The notes beneath the pieces were generated by a model. It was not told where the DNA came from, ran no database searches, and was given only the letters and a program-made list of their open reading frames with translations. Positions 61,324 to 64,000 of a stretch of 64,000 nucleotides of DNA are shown in pieces. The stretch is from Alphaproteobacteria bacterium. GTDB taxonomy: Bacteria; Pseudomonadota; Alphaproteobacteria; UBA828. Within the stretch, counting starts at the first letter, position 1, and every line of letters starts with the position of its first letter. The position numbers and the translations under genes were made by a program. The DNA lies in assembly GCA_963422645.2 (NCBI GenBank), contig CAXXVO010000007.1, forward strand, positions 800,001-864,000. Reading direction: 5' to 3'.

Positions 61324-62109
61324 TCAGGCCCACCATCTGGGCGACCGCTTCTCCAGAAAGGCGGCGATGCCCTCCTTCCCGTCCTCCGATGCGCGCGCAT
61401 CGGCGATCCGGCGCGCGACGTCGTCGGCCAGCGCATCGTCGATCGGCCGGCCCGAGACCGCGTCGACCAGTGCCTTTACCCGGCGCTGCGCGTCGGGCGA
61501 GCAGCGCAGGAGAGTTTGGACGACCTCCGCGCCCCGGTCTTCGAGGGCTTTGGCGGGCACCACCTCGTGCACCAGCCCGATCCGGAGCGCGGTCTCCGCA
61601 TCGAAGCGCTCGCCCGTGAGCATGAAGCGCCGGCTGTGGGAGTCGCCGATCGCACGAACCACAAAGGGGCTGATCACCGCGGGGATCAGCCCAAGGCGCA
61701 CCTCGGTCAGCGCGAAGCTCGCGCCCTCGGCCGCGATGGCGATATCGCAGGCGCTGACCAGCCCGACGCCGCCGCCGTAGGCGGGCCCCTGAACTTGCGC
61801 AACGGTCGGCTTGGGCAGTCTGCCCAGCACCATGAGGAGGCCCGCGACCGCGCGGGCATCGACGATGTTTTGCGCCTCGGAGAATCCCGCGGCCCTCTTC
61901 ATGTAGGCAAGGTCGGCGCCGGCGCAGAAGGACTTGCCGCGCCCGGCGAGGACCACCACGCGCACGTCCTTGCGGCCGCCCAGATACCCGAAGGTGCGCG
62001 TGAGCTCGGCAACCAGCGCGTCGTCGAAGGCATTGTGCGCCTTGGGCCGGTTGAGCGTGACGGTAGCGACGGCGCCATCCATCCCCACCAGCACGGTGTC
62101 GTCCGCCAT
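61324..62109 (-). CDS. Methylglutaconyl-CoA hydratase-like enoyl-CoA hydratase
   Basis: LNRPKAHNAFD, SFCAGADL and EVRLGLIPAVISPFV; downstream of the MCC beta subunit. Confidence 0.85.
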   Translation of the reverse strand: MADDTVLVGMDGAVATVTLNRPKAHNAFDDALVAELTRTFGYLGGRKDVRVVVLAGRGKSFCAGADLAYMKRAAGFSEAQNIVDARAVAGLLMVLGRLPKPTVAQVQGPAYGGGVGLVSACDIAIAAEGASFALTEVRLGLIPAVISPFVVRAIGDSHSRRFMLTGERFDAETALRIGLVHEVVPAKALEDRGAEVVQTLLRCSPDAQRRVKALVDAVSGRPIDDALADDVARRIADARASEDGKEGIAAFLEKRSPRWWA

Positions 62110-62125
62110 CGCCCTGCGCTCCCCG

Positions 62126-63730
62126 CTACATCCTGAAGACGCCGAAGCGCGTCGCCTCAGCCGGCCCGCCAGTGACGATGCCCAGAGCCCGCGCCAGCAC
62201 CTGCCGCGTCTCCGCCGGGTCGATCACCCCGTCGTGCCAGAGCCGGGCTGCGGCGTAGTAGGGATTCCCCTGCTCCTCGTACTGGGAGCGGATCGGCGCC
62301 TTGAACGCCGCCTCATCGTCCTCGCTCCAGTCGTCGCCGCCGGCCTCGATCCGGTCGCGCCGGATGCGGGCGAGCACGCTCGCCGCCTGCTCGCCGCCCA
62401 TCACCGAGATGCGCGCATTGGGCCACATCCAGAGGAAGCGCGGCCCGAAGGCGCGCCCGCACATGCCGTAGTTCCCGGCGCCGTAGCTGCCGCCGATGAT
62501 GACCGTGAGCTTGGGCACGGCCGCGCACGAGACCGCGGTGACCAGCTTCGCCCCGTCCTTGGCGATGCCGCCCTGCTCGTAGCGCTTGCCCACCATGAAG
62601 CCCACGATGTTCTGCAGGAAGAGCAGCGGGATGCCGCGCTGGCAGCAGAGCTCGATGAAGTGCGCGCCCTTGAGCGAGGATTCGGAGAAGAGGATGCCGT
62701 TGTTGGCGAGGATGCCGACCAGGTGACCGCCGATGTGCGCGAAGCCCGTCACCAGGGTGGCGCCGTAGCGGGCCTTGAACTCGTCGAAGGCGCTGCCGTC
62801 CGCGATGCGGGCGATGACCTCGCGCACGTTGAACATGGTCCTGAGCGACTGCGGCACGATGCCGTAAATCTCTGCCGGGTCGTAGGCGGGCTCGGGCGCC
62901 ATCGCCGGCGCGGGCGCCGTCGGTGTGGCATCGAGGCGGGCGACGATGGACCGCGCCCGGTGGATGGCATCGGAATCGTCCGCCGCCATGTGGTCGGCGA
63001 CGCCCGAGAGCCGCGTGTGCACGTCGGCGCCGCCCAGCTCTTCTGCGCTCACCTCCTCCCCGGTCGCGGCCTTCACCAGGGGCGGGCCGCCCAGGAAGAT
63101 CGTGCCCTGCTCCTTGACGATGATGGTCTCGTCGGACATCGCCGGCACGTAGGCGCCGCCCGCCGTGCACGAGCCCATCACCACGGCGACCTGGGCGATA
63201 CCCTTCGCCGACATGCGCGCCTGGTTGTAGAAGATGCGCCCGAAATGCTCGCGGTCGGGGAACACCTCGTCCTGATGCGGCAGGTTGGCGCCGCCCGAAT
63301 CCACCAGATAGACGCAGGGCAGCCGGTTCTGCTCCGCGATCTCCTGGGCCCGGATGTGCTTCTTGACGGTCAGCGGGTAGTAGGTGCCACCCTTGACCGT
63401 CGCGTCGTTGGCGATGACGACGCACTCGCGCCCCTCGATCCGCCCGATCCCGGTGATGATGCCGGCGGCTGGCACCTCGGCGCCGTAGAGGCCGTCCGCC
63501 GCCAGCGCCGAGAGCTCCAGGAAGGGCGAGCCCTGGTCGATCAGCGCCGCGACCCGCTCGCGCGGCAGCATCTTGCCGCGCTCCCGGTGCCGCTCGCGCG
63601 CACGCGCCGGGCCGCCTTCCAGCACCCGCGCGTGGCGCGCGGCGAGGTCGTCGACCAGCGCCCGCATGGCCGCCTCGTTGCCCTTGAACTTGTCCGAGGC
63701 CGGATCGGCCGTCGAGCGCAATACGTCCAT
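62126..63730 (-). CDS. 3-methylcrotonyl-CoA carboxylase beta (carboxyltransferase) subunit
   Basis: [35 protein letters not shown] and terminal FGVFRM. Confidence 0.93.
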   Translation of the reverse strand: MDVLRSTADPASDKFKGNEAAMRALVDDLAARHARVLEGGPARARERHRERGKMLPRERVAALIDQGSPFLELSALAADGLYGAEVPAAGIITGIGRIEGRECVVIANDATVKGGTYYPLTVKKHIRAQEIAEQNRLPCVYLVDSGGANLPHQDEVFPDREHFGRIFYNQARMSAKGIAQVAVVMGSCTAGGAYVPAMSDETIIVKEQGTIFLGGPPLVKAATGEEVSAEELGGADVHTRLSGVADHMAADDSDAIHRARSIVARLDATPTAPAPAMAPEPAYDPAEIYGIVPQSLRTMFNVREVIARIADGSAFDEFKARYGATLVTGFAHIGGHLVGILANNGILFSESSLKGAHFIELCCQRGIPLLFLQNIVGFMVGKRYEQGGIAKDGAKLVTAVSCAAVPKLTVIIGGSYGAGNYGMCGRAFGPRFLWMWPNARISVMGGEQAASVLARIRRDRIEAGGDDWSEDDEAAFKAPIRSQYEEQGNPYYAAARLWHDGVIDPAETRQVLARALGIVTGGPAEATRFGVFRM

Positions 63731-63903
63731 CGCCTCCTCGCTGGCTGGCGCCGCCAAGGTACAACTGGTCGCCTGCGCCTGAAAGGTCGTGCACCGCCGA
63801 AGGGTCGTGCTCGCGTATAGGTATTCCGCTCGCGGGCAGGGCGTTCCGTATGCTGACGCAACCGTGTGGAAGAAAGATTAGGTGAGACAACGTGAGATTT
63901 ATT

Positions 63904-64000
63904 GTAACTGCCCAGGTACCCCCTCTCTCTTATGGAACAAGCCAGTTCCTTTTGCGTCAACGCCCCCACGCCGCGGGGGTGCCTACTCTCTTGAGCGCGA
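63904..64000 (+). mobile_element. Probable end of a second IS66-family element, running off the right edge
   Basis: GTAACTGCCCAGGTACCCC (63904-63922) matches the 47084 end at 18/19. Confidence 0.65.

Overview
GC-rich alphaproteobacterial (Rhodospirillales-like) chromosome segment. Most of it is housekeeping: purine deaminases, hpnE, trmFO-uvrA/ssb, gyrA-coaD-queA-tgt, gltDB, uppP, rnd, rpiB-glyA-nrdR-rib-nusB-thiL, gatCAB, clpSA, ndk, tadA and leucine catabolism genes. The main accessory feature is a nested mobile element at 4491-14715. The outer element has TGT...ACA ends, 28-bp terminal inverted repeats, extra internal binding-site copies and an exact 5-bp target duplication (CAGGG). It carries only phage genes (tail-tip fragment, tail fibre, QueC-like enzyme, portal fragment, gpF-like head protein), pointing outwards to both ends. 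Its centre is a separate 5.2-kb TGA...TCA transposon encoding a Zn-finger protein, DDE transposase, AAA+ ATPase, RepA-like helicase and Toprim primase. Also present: a complete IS66-family element (47084-49544, 8-bp TSD) carrying a compact DNA adenine methyltransferase, a probable second IS66 end at the right edge, a histidine kinase lacking its phospho-acceptor His, an apparently split urate-oxidase-N/PuuD-like gene, a solo HicA-like ORF and several small repeats. All calls are by eye from sequence motifs; no database searches were run.
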